A stretch of 64,000 nt of DNA from Luteibacter sp. (GCF_035539195.1 NZ_DATLIW010000006.1:41734-105733); one strand, 5' to 3'. Shown: positions 25,962 through 36,352, numbered from the stretch's first letter. Made by a program: numbers and translations. The notes: a model not told the origin generated them from the letters alone.

Positions 25962-27476
25962 TTAGTCCACCAAGGTCGCCGCGGTCGCCTGCTCGGTGTT
26001 GTGAACTGCCCGCTTACGTGGCAGGAAGCTCGCCGCGATCAGCCCGAGTACGACCACGCCGAGCGCCCAGACAAAGGTGTGCCCGAAGGCGCGGCCGAGC
26101 GCAGGCAGGATTGCCGTGTGCATCGCAGGCGTCATGGTGCGGACAACGGCAAGGCCGGTTTCCTGCACGCCGGTCGAGGGCATCACACTGGCGATCTGGT
26201 GCGACAGCACCACCGCCAGCAATGCGGTACCCACGGAGCCGCCGACGCGCTGCACGACATTCATGCCGCTGGTGACACGCGCGATTTCGTGGCGCTGCAA
26301 GCTGCTCAGCGCGGCCGTCATCGACGGCATCATCGTCGAACCCATGCCCAGGCCGAGCAGGAACAGCATGCCCTCGACCATCCACATCGGTGTATCGCTC
26401 TGAATCTGGGTGAGCCCCACAAGACCGAGCGCCGTCATGGAAAGACCGACCAGCACGATGCGTCCGGGGCCGGTCTTGTCGGTCAGGCGGGCGGCGATCG
26501 GCATGGAGATCATCGCACCGATGCCCTGTGCCGCCATCAACAGGCCGGCACTCAACGCGGACTCGTTGCGCACCAGTTGGAAGTAAAGCGGCAGCAAGAG
26601 CGCGGTGCCGAAGAAGGCCGTACCGAAGAAAAACGACGTGGAGGCCGCGGCGCCAACGATACGCGTACCGAACAGGCGCACATCGATCAGGGCGCCTTCC
26701 TTGCGACGCGCATGCCAGACGAAGCCGATGACCAGGGCAAGACCCAACAGCACGCCGCCCACGGCGTCGGGCCGGCTGAAGCCACCGCCAGCCGCCGTCT
26801 CGGCCAGCCCGTAGACGAAGATCGCCAGACCCGGCGAGAGCATCAGCAAGCCGCGCCAGTCGAGCGAGTGATGCGGCTTGGGCTCGTCGCGTTCGAGGAA
26901 ACGGGACGCCGCGAACAACGCGACCACGCCGATCGGCAGGTTCACGAAGAAGATCCAGCGCCAGGACAGATCGTCGACGAACCAGCCACCGAGGATGGGA
27001 CCGACGATCGGCGCGACCAACATCGGTATGCCGACCAGTCCCATCACCCGTCCCATGCGTTCACGTCCGGCCGCGTGGGAGAGGATGGTCATGCCGGCGG
27101 GCATGATCATCCCGCCGCCGAAACCCTGCAGCACGCGGAAGACGATCAGCGAGGTCGCCGACCAAGCCAGTCCGCATAGCGCGGACCCGATCACGAACAA
27201 CGCGATGGAGCCGATGTACAGGCGCTTGGTGCCGAAGCGGTCGGCAGCCCATCCGGTCAGCGGGATCACCGTGGCGAGCGCCAGCATGTAGCCGGTGGAG
27301 ATCCACTGCGTGACCGACAGCGACGTGCCGAACGAGTGCGACAACTCACGAATGGCGACATTGACGATCGTGGTGTCGAGGATCGACATGAAACTGCCGA
27401 GGACGACGACGGAAGCGATGCTCAGCAACCGGCGGTCGAGCGTCGGCGACGCGGCGGTCTGGGTGGGGCCATTCAT
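25962..27476 (-). CDS. MFS efflux transporter, DHA2 (EmrB/QacA, 14-TMS) family
   Basis: 504 aa with LGSFMSILDTTIVNVAI, motif A-like GWAADRFGTKRL and motif C-like GPILGGW. About 14 helices. It overlaps the upstream MarR gene by 4 nt. Confidence 0.9.
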   Translation of the reverse strand: MNGPTQTAASPTLDRRLLSIASVVVLGSFMSILDTTIVNVAIRELSHSFGTSLSVTQWISTGYMLALATVIPLTGWAADRFGTKRLYIGSIALFVIGSALCGLAWSATSLIVFRVLQGFGGGMIMPAGMTILSHAAGRERMGRVMGLVGIPMLVAPIVGPILGGWFVDDLSWRWIFFVNLPIGVVALFAASRFLERDEPKPHHSLDWRGLLMLSPGLAIFVYGLAETAAGGGFSRPDAVGGVLLGLALVIGFVWHARRKEGALIDVRLFGTRIVGAAASTSFFFGTAFFGTALLLPLYFQLVRNESALSAGLLMAAQGIGAMISMPIAARLTDKTGPGRIVLVGLSMTALGLVGLTQIQSDTPMWMVEGMLFLLGLGMGSTMMPSMTAALSSLQRHEIARVTSGMNVVQRVGGSVGTALLAVVLSHQIASVMPSTGVQETGLAVVRTMTPAMHTAILPALGRAFGHTFVWALGVVVLGLIAASFLPRKRAVHNTEQATAATLVD

Positions 27477-27991
27477 TCGGGCTTTTCCGGAGAGCAGTAG
27501 GAGGCGCCGGTGGGGACGGCGAAATGCTTGCGGGTGAGAACGCCGAGGGTGGTCAGCGCACCGGCGAGATCGGCACGCTCCTCTTCCGTGAGCGCCTCGA
27601 CAAAGCGTTCGGCGGATCGACCGCGAGCGCGGCCGATCTTCTCGAGCGTTTCGCGCCCCGGCTCGGCCAGACCGATGCGCTTGATGCGCCGGTCCGCTTC
27701 GTCTTCCCGCCGCGTAAGCAGGCCGACGCGAACCATGCCGTCCACGGCGCGCCCGGCGGCCGGAAGCGACAGGGAAACCATCTCGGCCAGCTCGGTCACG
27801 GCGAGGTCGGAGCCAGAGTTATCGAGGATCCACAGCATGCGCAGCTGCGAAAAGGTCAGGTCGAAACCGGCCATGACCGCAGCCACGCCGGCCTGGCTGT
27901 CCTTGATGATGGGCATGAGCACGCCCATAAGTTCGGCCGCGAGCGGATGTGTGTCTGGAGGTAGCTTATGCATAGGCGCAATAGTACTCAT
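27473..27991 (-). CDS. MarR family transcriptional regulator
   Basis: From ORF 27473..28150(-), with the start at MSTIAPMHKL (ATG 27991; MHKL at 27973 is also possible). The winged HTH is LTFSQLRMLWILDNSGSDLAVTELAEMVSLSLPAAGRAVDGMVRVGLLTRREDEADRR. Confidence 0.88.
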   Translation of the reverse strand: MSTIAPMHKLPPDTHPLAAELMGVLMPIIKDSQAGVAAVMAGFDLTFSQLRMLWILDNSGSDLAVTELAEMVSLSLPAAGRAVDGMVRVGLLTRREDEADRRIKRIGLAEPGRETLEKIGRARGRSAERFVEALTEEERADLAGALTTLGVLTRKHFAVPTGASYCSPEKPE

Positions 27992-28078
27992 CTGAGCAAT
28001 AGTTGCAAGTGCGCAAGTATATAAGCATACGACGCAAGGCTGATGCCGCCTTCGCGGTAGGCCGCCTATGCTCGATCC

Positions 28079-28360
28079 ATGGCCACCATCGACAAAGAAA
28101 CCATACTCAGCCGCAGCCGCCTGGCGCTGGATGCGTCGGCGATCGGGCATGCCGTGATGGAAGGCGACATGGAGGAAGCGCGCTTTCGCGCCTATCTCCT
28201 GCGCAGCCAGGCCTCCGAACTGGGGCTCGAGGACGTCGAGAAAGCGGCGCTGATGGTTGTCGTGATGCTGCCCAGCGACGAGGGCATGCCCAAACGCGGC
28301 ATTGGCCGGGCCATGTCGCGGCTTTGCGACACCCTCGACATCCGGCGTTGGGCACCGTAG
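28079..28360 (+). CDS. hypothetical small protein (93 aa)
   Basis: An ATG-initiated ORF divergent from the MarR-MFS operon, with plausible composition and no recognisable motif. Confidence 0.4.
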   Translation: MATIDKETILSRSRLALDASAIGHAVMEGDMEEARFRAYLLRSQASELGLEDVEKAALMVVVMLPSDEGMPKRGIGRAMSRLCDTLDIRRWAP

Positions 28361-28391
28361 CCAGCCCGCATCCGCAGGCCTTCCCCTTCGC

Positions 28392-29306
28392 TCATTTGAA
28401 CGTGGCGAGCCACTTCAGCACGGCCTGCGACAGCTCGGTGCGCTGGTCCGAATAAGCGTGGTCGGTGGGCAGATGAAGGCTCGTTACCTGGGTGTCGCCA
28501 GCCCGACGAAGCGCGTTGGCGAACGCGTCATTCGCAGGAGCCAGACCATCGTCCGAGGTGATCACGAAGGCTGGCCGATGCGCGAGCCCTCCAACCTTGG
28601 AAAGAAATGCCCAGGCAGCCGCGTGCTCCGCCAGATCCGTGGCCAGGCTATCGGGCGTACATCCACTGAGCGGCGCCAGCCCCTCCTCCGCCAGTGCCGC
28701 ACCCATCTTCTTGACCGCCACGGTTTGCGATCCCTGCTCCTGCGCCTGCATCTGGACAAACCTGCCGGCGAGGTCCGCAGCCGAGATCATCGCTATGCCC
28801 TCGATGGCAGGGTCGGCGGCAGCGGCCTGCACGGCCATGAAGCCGCCCATGCTGTGACCGACCAGCACGATGCGCGAAGGATCCAGCCGCAGCCGCTTGG
28901 CGTTCTCGGGCTGGCGCAGGTAAGCGATAGCGGACGCCACGTCTTCGATGCTGTGCGAGAACGAGAAGTCGCCCGGCGTTCCCCATGAACCGCGATAGTT
29001 GAAGAACAGGACGTCCCATCCGGCGCGACGCATGTCCTGCGCGAGATCCAGGTTGCGCTCGTTGCCGGGAAAGCCGTGCAGCAGGATCACGACCGGATGC
29101 GGCTGGGCGCCGGCGGCCACGTACACCAGGGCATTCAACGCAGATCCATGACTGGGAATCTGCATCGTTTGCATCGACGCCTTGGCGGCGACGTCAGGCT
29201 TGGCGAGTAAGGCCGGCTTCGCTGCCTCATCGGCGTGTGCCGCGGTGACTGCCATCGATAGCAGCAAGGAAACCGCCAAGCGCGTAACGGTCGAATGGAT
29301 CTTCAT
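28392..29306 (-). CDS. secreted alpha/beta hydrolase (dienelactone hydrolase / S9-like)
   Basis: Signal peptide MKIHSTVTRLAVSLLLSMAVTAAHA, oxyanion region VVILLHGFPG, nucleophile elbow GHSMGG, and a late Asp/His (SDDG...TDHAY). Confidence 0.85.
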   Translation of the reverse strand: MKIHSTVTRLAVSLLLSMAVTAAHADEAAKPALLAKPDVAAKASMQTMQIPSHGSALNALVYVAAGAQPHPVVILLHGFPGNERNLDLAQDMRRAGWDVLFFNYRGSWGTPGDFSFSHSIEDVASAIAYLRQPENAKRLRLDPSRIVLVGHSMGGFMAVQAAAADPAIEGIAMISAADLAGRFVQMQAQEQGSQTVAVKKMGAALAEEGLAPLSGCTPDSLATDLAEHAAAWAFLSKVGGLAHRPAFVITSDDGLAPANDAFANALRRAGDTQVTSLHLPTDHAYSDQRTELSQAVLKWLATFK

Positions 29307-29558
29307 GTCGCCCCCGTGTCATTCGGCGTGGACCTCTCGAGAAACGGAGTTCCGTTCGGAAAGTAGCTCGATCGCTGGAAGCATGCTCGATCGACACCCG
29401 GCCATGCAACACGAATTCGCCCTCCCTTGGCATGCGCCCCGCCCCCTGATAACCTCCGCCACGTCGCCGACTCAGGCGACCGTAAGCGTTTACGTCAACC
29501 AACGCGCATCCTGTCCAGTTGCCCTCGCGGTGGCTGGTCGCTGCGTTGGAGTGAATAC

Positions 29559-30752
29559 GTGAACCTGCTTACCCTTGTCAGAAAGCCGGCGTACCTCGCC
29601 GCCCTCCTCTTCCTTTTCATCAGTATCGGCGACGGCGTGATGCTGCCGTTCTTTGCCCTGTGGGCACAGAAGGACGCGGGCGTACCTGTCGCCTGGATCG
29701 GCATGCTTTTCGGCTGTTATGCCGGCGGCGAGTTGCTTGCCACGCCGCTCTTGGGCGGCATCGCGGATCGCCTGGGTCGACGACCTGTCCTGCTTGCTTC
29801 GACACTCGGGGTTGGCGGCGGGTTTCTGCTGCTTTCGTTCTGCCACGGTGTGGTCGCGACGGCCGCGGTGCTCTTGCTGATCGGTGCGTTTGAAAGCGTG
29901 CTGCACCCTACCGTCTTCACCGTGATCGGCGACGTGGTGCCGCAGGACGAAACGCGACACTACTTTGCCGTGGCCCGCGTGCTTTCCAGCATCGGCCGCG
30001 CCATCGGTCCGGCGATCGGTGCGCTGCTGGTCTTGCGTTCGTTGAGCACGGTATTTGTCGGCTCGGCCATCGCGCTGCTATCTGCAGCGACGCTGGTGGT
30101 GTGCTTGCTGCCTGAAACCCTCGGCACAGGAGCCGGCGAAGAGGACGATGAGGAAGAGGAAGGTTTTTCGGCCCTGCTTCCCGCCTTGCGCGATCGCCGG
30201 CTCGGTGGATTGCTGCTGTGCTTCATGTTGCTCGAGCTGTCGGGCAGCTGGGTCGAGACCGTGCTGCCGCTCAGCGTGCATGCCGCTGGGACGTTGAGCC
30301 CTTCGGGAGTGGGCCTGCTTTTCACCTTTGGCTCGATACTCACCGCCGTCTTGCAGATTCCGGTCACTCGCCTGACGGCCCGATTCAATGCGCGTTGCCT
30401 GGTGCTTGCCAGCGCGGCCTTGTCGATCGCGGCCTTGGGCGTTCTCCTGGCGTCGCCCAGCCTCGTCGCGCTGGTCGTGGCAGTAACGTGCTTCTCGACT
30501 GCCGACGTGGTTTGCGGACCGCTGATGCCTTCGGCCGTTAACGAACTGGCCGCACCGAAGACGCGCGCGACGTACATGGCCGCGGTTTCGGTCGCTAACG
30601 ATGTGAAGGACACCATCGGGCCGGCCAGCGGAACCCTGTTGTTCGCCATCGCGGCGTCGCTGCCATGGGTGGCAGGCATTCCATTGGTGGGGCTGGCGGC
30701 GTGGGGGCTTGCCGCGACGTTGGCGCAATCGGCATCAAGACCGACGGTATGA
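29559..30752 (+). CDS. MFS transporter (12-TMS)
   Basis: From ORF 29427..30752(+). The hydrophobic core starts at the GTG-encoded VNLLTLVRKPAYLAALLF (29559). Motif A is GGIADRLGRRPVLL. The acidic loop EEDDEEEEG lies between the two halves. The start is uncertain. Confidence 0.8.
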   Translation: MNLLTLVRKPAYLAALLFLFISIGDGVMLPFFALWAQKDAGVPVAWIGMLFGCYAGGELLATPLLGGIADRLGRRPVLLASTLGVGGGFLLLSFCHGVVATAAVLLLIGAFESVLHPTVFTVIGDVVPQDETRHYFAVARVLSSIGRAIGPAIGALLVLRSLSTVFVGSAIALLSAATLVVCLLPETLGTGAGEEDDEEEEGFSALLPALRDRRLGGLLLCFMLLELSGSWVETVLPLSVHAAGTLSPSGVGLLFTFGSILTAVLQIPVTRLTARFNARCLVLASAALSIAALGVLLASPSLVALVVAVTCFSTADVVCGPLMPSAVNELAAPKTRATYMAAVSVANDVKDTIGPASGTLLFAIAASLPWVAGIPLVGLAAWGLAATLAQSASRPTV

Positions 30753-30815
30753 ATCGGGCGCAATATGCAGGTAGCGGCCAGTCGGCAGCTCGCAAGAAAA
30801 TGAGGAGCCAACCCT

Positions 30816-33257
30816 GTGAGAACCCAGACTTCATCACGTCCGCCATGGATACTGCTTGCCACGGCCGTCGTTTTCCTGCTGCTGGGCATGGCGCTGGCCA
30901 TGCTCGGCGTACGCCTTGTCGCCCTCGGCGGCTCGCTGCATTACCTCGTGTTCGGCCTTGGGCTCATCGCCGTTGCGGCCTTGCTCTATGCGCGTCGGCA
31001 AGTGGCCATCTCGCTCTACGCGGCCATGCTCGTGCTCACCACCGTGTGGGCGCTGTACGAGGTCGGCCTCGATTTCTGGCAACTGCTGCCACGACTGGAC
31101 GTCTGGTTCGCGCTCGGACTCTGGCTCGCACTGCCCTTCATACGTCGCCCGCTGCGAGCGACGTCGATTCCTTATCCGGCGGCATCCCTTGCCGTGGGTC
31201 TGGTCTTCGCCCTGGTCGTGGGGTTGGTGAGCCTGCCCCGTGAGTCGACCACCATCGAGGGCCACCTCGCACGCGGCCTCGACGCGGTCCTGCCGACAGC
31301 GGCCCTCGGCCCGGGTGGTACACCGGCCGGCGAGTGGCACTCGTATGGGGGAACGCCGTTCGGTCAGCGCTACTCGCCCCTGGACCAGATCAATGCCCAG
31401 AACGTGGGTAAGCTGACGAAGGCGTGGGAATTCCATACCGGCGATCTTCCGGGTCCCCAGGATCCGGTCGAGATCACCAACCAGGTCACGCCGCTGAAGA
31501 TCGGCGACACCCTGTATGTGTGCACGCCGCATAGCATCGTGATTGCCGTGGATGCGACGACGGGCAAGGAGCAGTGGCGCTTCGATCCGAAAATCCAGAG
31601 CGCGAACGGCACCTTCAAGATGTGGGAACACATGACCTGCCGCGGCGTCTCGTATCACAACGATGCCGACTACGCGGCCGCCGGCGCAGCCTCGCCGGCG
31701 ACAGCCACGACCACGGCCGTAGCCTCCGCCGCACCCGCCGTCACAGACTGCCCGCGCCGCCTCTTCCTGCCCACGGCCGACGCACGCCTGATCGCGCTCA
31801 ATGCGGACAACGGTCAGATCTGCACCGGCTTCGGCGACAAGGGCACCATCCAGCTGCTCACCGACAATCTCGATGGGCGGATGCTGCCTGGCGGTTATTA
31901 CTCGACGTCACCTCCGGCGATCACGCGCGACCTGGTCATCATCGGTGGCCATGTAAGCGACAACTACTCCACGCACGAAGCGTCGGGTGTCATTCGTGCC
32001 TTCGACGTACACGACGGGCATCTGGTCTGGAACTGGGACGCGGCCAATCCCGAAGAAACCACTCCGCTGCCCGCGGGCCAGCACTACACGCGTAACTCCC
32101 CGAACGTGTGGTCGGTGATGAGCGTGGACGAAGGACTGGGCCTGGTCTACCTGCCGATGGGTAACCAGACCCCGGACACCTGGGGCGCCGACCGCACCCC
32201 CGGTGCCGAGAAATACGCCGCCGGCGTGGTCGCGCTGGAGATCGCCACGGGCAAGGTGCGCTGGAACTACCAGTTCACCCACCACGATCTCTGGGACAAG
32301 GACGTCAGCGCGCAGCCCACCCTCGTCGACCTGAAGACAGCTTCCGGCGTGCAGCCCGCGGTGATCTCCACCAGCAAGCAGGGCAGCATCTACGTGCTGA
32401 ACCGCCTGACCGGGAAACCCATCTTTCCCATCGACGAAGTGCCGGTCGCCCAGGGTGCCGTGCAGGGCGACCACACCTCGCCGACGCAGCCAAGATCGCA
32501 GCTCAACTACGACCCGCCGAAGCTCACCGAGGCGGACATGTGGGGCACCACGCCCTTCGACCAGGTGATGTGCCGCATCCGCTTCAAGTCCATGCGTTAC
32601 GACGGTCCGTACACCCCGCCCGGCCTCACCGAGACCCTGATCCACCCGGGCAACGCCGGCGTCTTCGATTGGGGCGGCATCTCCGTCGATCCGGTTCGCC
32701 AGATCGCCTTCACCAACCCCAACTCGTTCGCCTTCGTCTTCCGCCTGGTTCCAGCGGCGGAGGTCGCGCGCAGGGAAGCCTCGACCAGCGAGAGTTCGGG
32801 CGTGCATCCCGATACCGGTGCGCCTTACGGCGTCGAGATCTCTCCTCTGCTCAGTGCGCTTGGCATTCCCTGCCAGGCGCCGCCGTGGGGCTGGGTGTCG
32901 GCGGTGGACCTGACCACCGGCAAGGTGATCTGGAAGCACAAGAACGGCACGACACGTGACAGCGCTCCCTTCGGCATTCCGCTACCCCTCGGTGTTCCCG
33001 GCCAGGGCGGCACGCTTATCACGGCCGGCGGTGTCGCCTTCTTCGGCGCGACGCTGGACTCCTACTTGCGCGCGTACGACGTCACCGACGGAAAACAATT
33101 GTGGAGCAGCCGCCTGCCTGCCGGTGGCCAGGCCACGCCGATGAGTTTCAAGGGAAAGGACGGCCGCCAGTACATCGTCATCATGGCCGGCGGCCATGGC
33201 TCGCTTGGCACGAAGATGGGTGACTCGGTGGTCGCCTACGCGCTGCCTGCGCCATAA
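30816..33257 (+). CDS. gcd: membrane-bound PQQ-dependent glucose (quinate/shikimate-family) dehydrogenase
   Basis: GTG start preceded by GAGGAG. Five N-terminal TM helices are followed by a PQQ beta-propeller (WHSYGGTPFGQRYSPLDQIN, repeated W-motifs, C-terminal GGQATPMSF...YIVIMAGGHG). Confidence 0.93.
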   Translation: MRTQTSSRPPWILLATAVVFLLLGMALAMLGVRLVALGGSLHYLVFGLGLIAVAALLYARRQVAISLYAAMLVLTTVWALYEVGLDFWQLLPRLDVWFALGLWLALPFIRRPLRATSIPYPAASLAVGLVFALVVGLVSLPRESTTIEGHLARGLDAVLPTAALGPGGTPAGEWHSYGGTPFGQRYSPLDQINAQNVGKLTKAWEFHTGDLPGPQDPVEITNQVTPLKIGDTLYVCTPHSIVIAVDATTGKEQWRFDPKIQSANGTFKMWEHMTCRGVSYHNDADYAAAGAASPATATTTAVASAAPAVTDCPRRLFLPTADARLIALNADNGQICTGFGDKGTIQLLTDNLDGRMLPGGYYSTSPPAITRDLVIIGGHVSDNYSTHEASGVIRAFDVHDGHLVWNWDAANPEETTPLPAGQHYTRNSPNVWSVMSVDEGLGLVYLPMGNQTPDTWGADRTPGAEKYAAGVVALEIATGKVRWNYQFTHHDLWDKDVSAQPTLVDLKTASGVQPAVISTSKQGSIYVLNRLTGKPIFPIDEVPVAQGAVQGDHTSPTQPRSQLNYDPPKLTEADMWGTTPFDQVMCRIRFKSMRYDGPYTPPGLTETLIHPGNAGVFDWGGISVDPVRQIAFTNPNSFAFVFRLVPAAEVARREASTSESSGVHPDTGAPYGVEISPLLSALGIPCQAPPWGWVSAVDLTTGKVIWKHKNGTTRDSAPFGIPLPLGVPGQGGTLITAGGVAFFGATLDSYLRAYDVTDGKQLWSSRLPAGGQATPMSFKGKDGRQYIVIMAGGHGSLGTKMGDSVVAYALPAP

Positions 33258-33289
33258 ATAAACCCAAATTTGCAAATATCCCCAGAATG

Positions 33290-33336
33290 CCCCAACCTCC
33301 GACGGATGCCAGATGGCAGTCCGTCGGAGGTTGGGG
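33290..33336 (+). promoter_or_regulatory. long hairpin sequestering the Shine-Dalgarno of the GH35 gene
   Basis: CCCCAACCTCCGACGG (33290-33305) pairs perfectly with CCGTCGGAGGTTGGGG (33321-33336). An inner TGCC/GGCA extension brings the stem to about 21 bp. The 3' arm contains GGAGG and abuts ATG 33337. Confidence 0.5.
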
Positions 33337-36303
33337 ATGTTCGCTTTTCGCAGGCCGCATGGCCGTCTCGCCGGGTGCATGGGCGCCCTGGCGCTTTCCA
33401 CGCTGGTCGCCGCGAGCGCGCCGGCACTCGCCAGTGAGTCGCCGGCCGCCTCGCCCGGCACGGCAACGACGCACCGCATCGCTTACGACCGCTACTCGCT
33501 CATCATCGACGGCAAGCCGACCTATCTGTGGTCGGGCTCCTTTCATTACTGGCGCCTGCCATCCCCCGATCTGTGGACCGATGTCCTGCAGAAGATGAAA
33601 GCCGCCGGCTTCAACGCGGTGGAGATTTATTTCGATTGGGGGTATCACTCGCCACGGCGCGGGGTCTACGACTTCTCCGGCATTCGCGACGTCGACCGTC
33701 TGCTCGATATCGCACGCGACGTCGGCATCTACGTGATTGCGCGCCCCGGCCCGTACATCAACGCCGAAACGGACGGCGGCGGATTCCCTGGATGGCTGGT
33801 CACCACGGCCGGCAAGCCGCGCTCCACCGATCCCGAATACACCGCCGCGTATCGCGAGTGGATGACCCAGATCGATCGCGTGCTCGCGCGTCATCAGTTC
33901 ACCGATGGCCGCGGCAGCGTGCTGCTTTACCAGGTGGAAAACGAGTTCTACAACGACTCCGCCGATGGCCGTCGCTACATGCAGGATCTCGAAGACAAGG
34001 CCCATGCCGACGGCATCACCGTACCGCTCATCGGCAACCACAACAGCAATTTCTTCAGCGGTGTCGGCGCGGTGGATATGCCCGGTTTCGACTCGTATCC
34101 CGCCGACTTCGATTGCACGCGACCGGAACGCTGGAACAGCGTGTACGACTTCGCCAGCGAACGAAAGGAACTGACCCGCTGGCCGCTGTTCTTCCCCGAG
34201 TACCAGGGCGGCGCGTTCGACGTGTGGGGCGGTCCGGGCTACGAAGCCTGCCGTAAACTCACCGGCCCCGATTTCGAGCGTGTGTTCTACGAGGCGACCA
34301 TGGCCGCCGGCTCGACCATGCAGAATTTCTACATGACCTACGGCGGCATCAACTGGGGCTGGCTGTCGTCGCCGGGCGTGTATACCTCGTACGACTACGG
34401 TGCGGCGATCGCCGCCAGTCGCCGGCTCACCGACAAGTACGACCAGCAGAAGCTCATCGGCTACATGACCCAGGCCGTCGCGCCCCTGACGCGAACCGAT
34501 GCGGTGGCGAGCGCGGTGCCGGAGAACCCGCGCCTTCATGTCGACGTGCGCGTCAATCCGGACGATGGCACGCGCTTCTACATCCTGCGTCATGCGGATG
34601 CGGCGGATACATCGAACGATGCGACGCACCTGGCCATCGCGTTGGGCAAGGGGGATGCAACGACGATCCCGCAGCAGCCCGGTACGGCGATCCACATCGA
34701 CGGGCGCGACTCGAAGGTTCTCCTGGCCAATTACCGCTTCGGCAAACAGGATCTCGCGTATTCGACGTCCGAACTGATGACGCAGATGCGACTTGGCGAC
34801 CGGGATGTCGCTGTGCTTTACGGCCGACACGACGAGGACGGAGAAACCGTGTTGCGCTACGCGACCGAACCGACCACCCACGTTCTCGACGGCAAGGTCG
34901 CCGTACATTGGGATTCGGGCTCGCACACGTTGCGCCTCAACTACCGCCACGCCGGCCTTGCGCGCGTCGCGATCGGCCAGGGCGATGCGTCCCTGCTGCT
35001 GTTGATCGGAGACAACGACGCGGCGACGCGCTTCTGGCGTGTGGATACCCCGACAGGACCCATCCTCGTGCGTGGCCCCTATCTGGTCCGCAGCGCCGTG
35101 CGCAACGGCGACCAGTTCGCGCTCACCGGCGATACCGACAAGGCCGGCGATATCGAGCTGCTAGCCACCCCGGACACCCGCGGCTTCACGTGGAATGGTG
35201 CGCCGGTGCATACCGACACCACCGCCTCGGCGACCTTGCAAGGCCGCCTCGATGGCCCCGTACCGGTGGCGCTGCCGACCCTGACCACATGGCACATCAG
35301 CGATGCCGCACCGGAGATCGCACCCGCCTTCGACGACAACGACTGGCTCGCTGCCAGCCGGACCTCGACACCGAATCCGTACTGGGACCACAAACTGCCG
35401 ATTCTCGACAGCGACGCCTATGGTTTCCACCACGGCCATGTCTGGTACCGCGGTCATTTCAAGGCCACCGGCAAGGAAGCCGCGATCCAGCTCGCCGCCA
35501 ACACCGGCGTGCATCTCGGCAACCATGGCATTTTCACGGCATGGCTCAACGGACACTTCCTCGGTAACAACCCGAGTGGTGCGCAGCAGTTCGCGATCGA
35601 TCCAGCGTGGCTGAAGCCCGGTGCCGACAATGTCGTCTCCGTTCTCGTCGAGAACACCGGACACAACCAGGAAGAGCACAACGGCGCATTTCGCGAGCCG
35701 CGCGGCTTGATCGCCGCGTCCTTCGCGAATGGCTCCACAGATATCCGCTGGAAGATCCAGGGCAATGTCGGCGGCGAGAACCTGCCGGATCCGGTCCGCG
35801 GTCCGTTCAACGCCGGCGGCCTCTACGGCGAGCGCATGGGCTGGCAGTTGCCCGGATTCCCGGATGGCAAATGGGCTACGACGACCCTGCCCCGCACGAC
35901 CGACAAGCCGGGTGTCGACTGGTATCGCAGCAGCTTCCATCTGGACATCCCGACGGGGCACGACCTGCCGATCGCGCTTCGCATTCACGATGCAGCACCC
36001 CACCACTACCGCGCCGTCGTCTTCGTCAACGGCTGGCAGATCGGGCGTTACATCAGCGACGTCGGTCCGCAGACGGACTTCGAACTTCCCGCCGGACTGC
36101 TGAACACCCATGGCGACAACACGATCGCCATCGCCGCATGGAGCACGGCGCAGGACGGTGGATTGGGCGAGGTGTCTCTGGTGGCACAGGGCAGTTACCG
36201 GAGCGCACTGGACGTGAAATCCGTCGCCGCGCCCGACTACCCGCAGGTGATGCGAGCACAAGCAGGCTTGCCGGTTAGGACACCGCCGAACGCGGGTCAT
36301 TGA
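33337..36303 (+). CDS. secreted beta-galactosidase, glycoside hydrolase family 35
   Basis: The ORF opens at 33313. The SD-spaced ATG at 33337 gives the signal peptide MFAFRRPHGRLAGCMGALALSTLVAASAPALA. GH35 barrel motifs are FHYWRLP, GFNAVEIYFDWGYH, ARPGPYINAETDGGGFPGW and YQVENEF. Confidence 0.9.
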   Translation: MFAFRRPHGRLAGCMGALALSTLVAASAPALASESPAASPGTATTHRIAYDRYSLIIDGKPTYLWSGSFHYWRLPSPDLWTDVLQKMKAAGFNAVEIYFDWGYHSPRRGVYDFSGIRDVDRLLDIARDVGIYVIARPGPYINAETDGGGFPGWLVTTAGKPRSTDPEYTAAYREWMTQIDRVLARHQFTDGRGSVLLYQVENEFYNDSADGRRYMQDLEDKAHADGITVPLIGNHNSNFFSGVGAVDMPGFDSYPADFDCTRPERWNSVYDFASERKELTRWPLFFPEYQGGAFDVWGGPGYEACRKLTGPDFERVFYEATMAAGSTMQNFYMTYGGINWGWLSSPGVYTSYDYGAAIAASRRLTDKYDQQKLIGYMTQAVAPLTRTDAVASAVPENPRLHVDVRVNPDDGTRFYILRHADAADTSNDATHLAIALGKGDATTIPQQPGTAIHIDGRDSKVLLANYRFGKQDLAYSTSELMTQMRLGDRDVAVLYGRHDEDGETVLRYATEPTTHVLDGKVAVHWDSGSHTLRLNYRHAGLARVAIGQGDASLLLLIGDNDAATRFWRVDTPTGPILVRGPYLVRSAVRNGDQFALTGDTDKAGDIELLATPDTRGFTWNGAPVHTDTTASATLQGRLDGPVPVALPTLTTWHISDAAPEIAPAFDDNDWLAASRTSTPNPYWDHKLPILDSDAYGFHHGHVWYRGHFKATGKEAAIQLAANTGVHLGNHGIFTAWLNGHFLGNNPSGAQQFAIDPAWLKPGADNVVSVLVENTGHNQEEHNGAFREPRGLIAASFANGSTDIRWKIQGNVGGENLPDPVRGPFNAGGLYGERMGWQLPGFPDGKWATTTLPRTTDKPGVDWYRSSFHLDIPTGHDLPIALRIHDAAPHHYRAVVFVNGWQIGRYISDVGPQTDFELPAGLLNTHGDNTIAIAAWSTAQDGGLGEVSLVAQGSYRSALDVKSVAAPDYPQVMRAQAGLPVRTPPNAGH

Positions 36304-36319
36304 TCCGTTGCTCAGTGCA

Positions 36320-36352
36320 GCGACCATGCCTCGTGCACGACGGCATGGTCGC
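36320..36352 (+). terminator. strong hairpin after the GH35 gene (terminator candidate, weak U-tract)
   Basis: GCGACCATGCC-N11-GGCATGGTCGC (11-bp perfect stem) followed by TTGT. Confidence 0.4.

Noticed and set aside
27992-28078. GCAAGT-GC-GCAAGT direct repeat in the MarR divergent promoter, considered as a MarR operator.
   Set aside because: MarR operators are normally palindromic. Only a 6-bp direct repeat is present, which is insufficient evidence.
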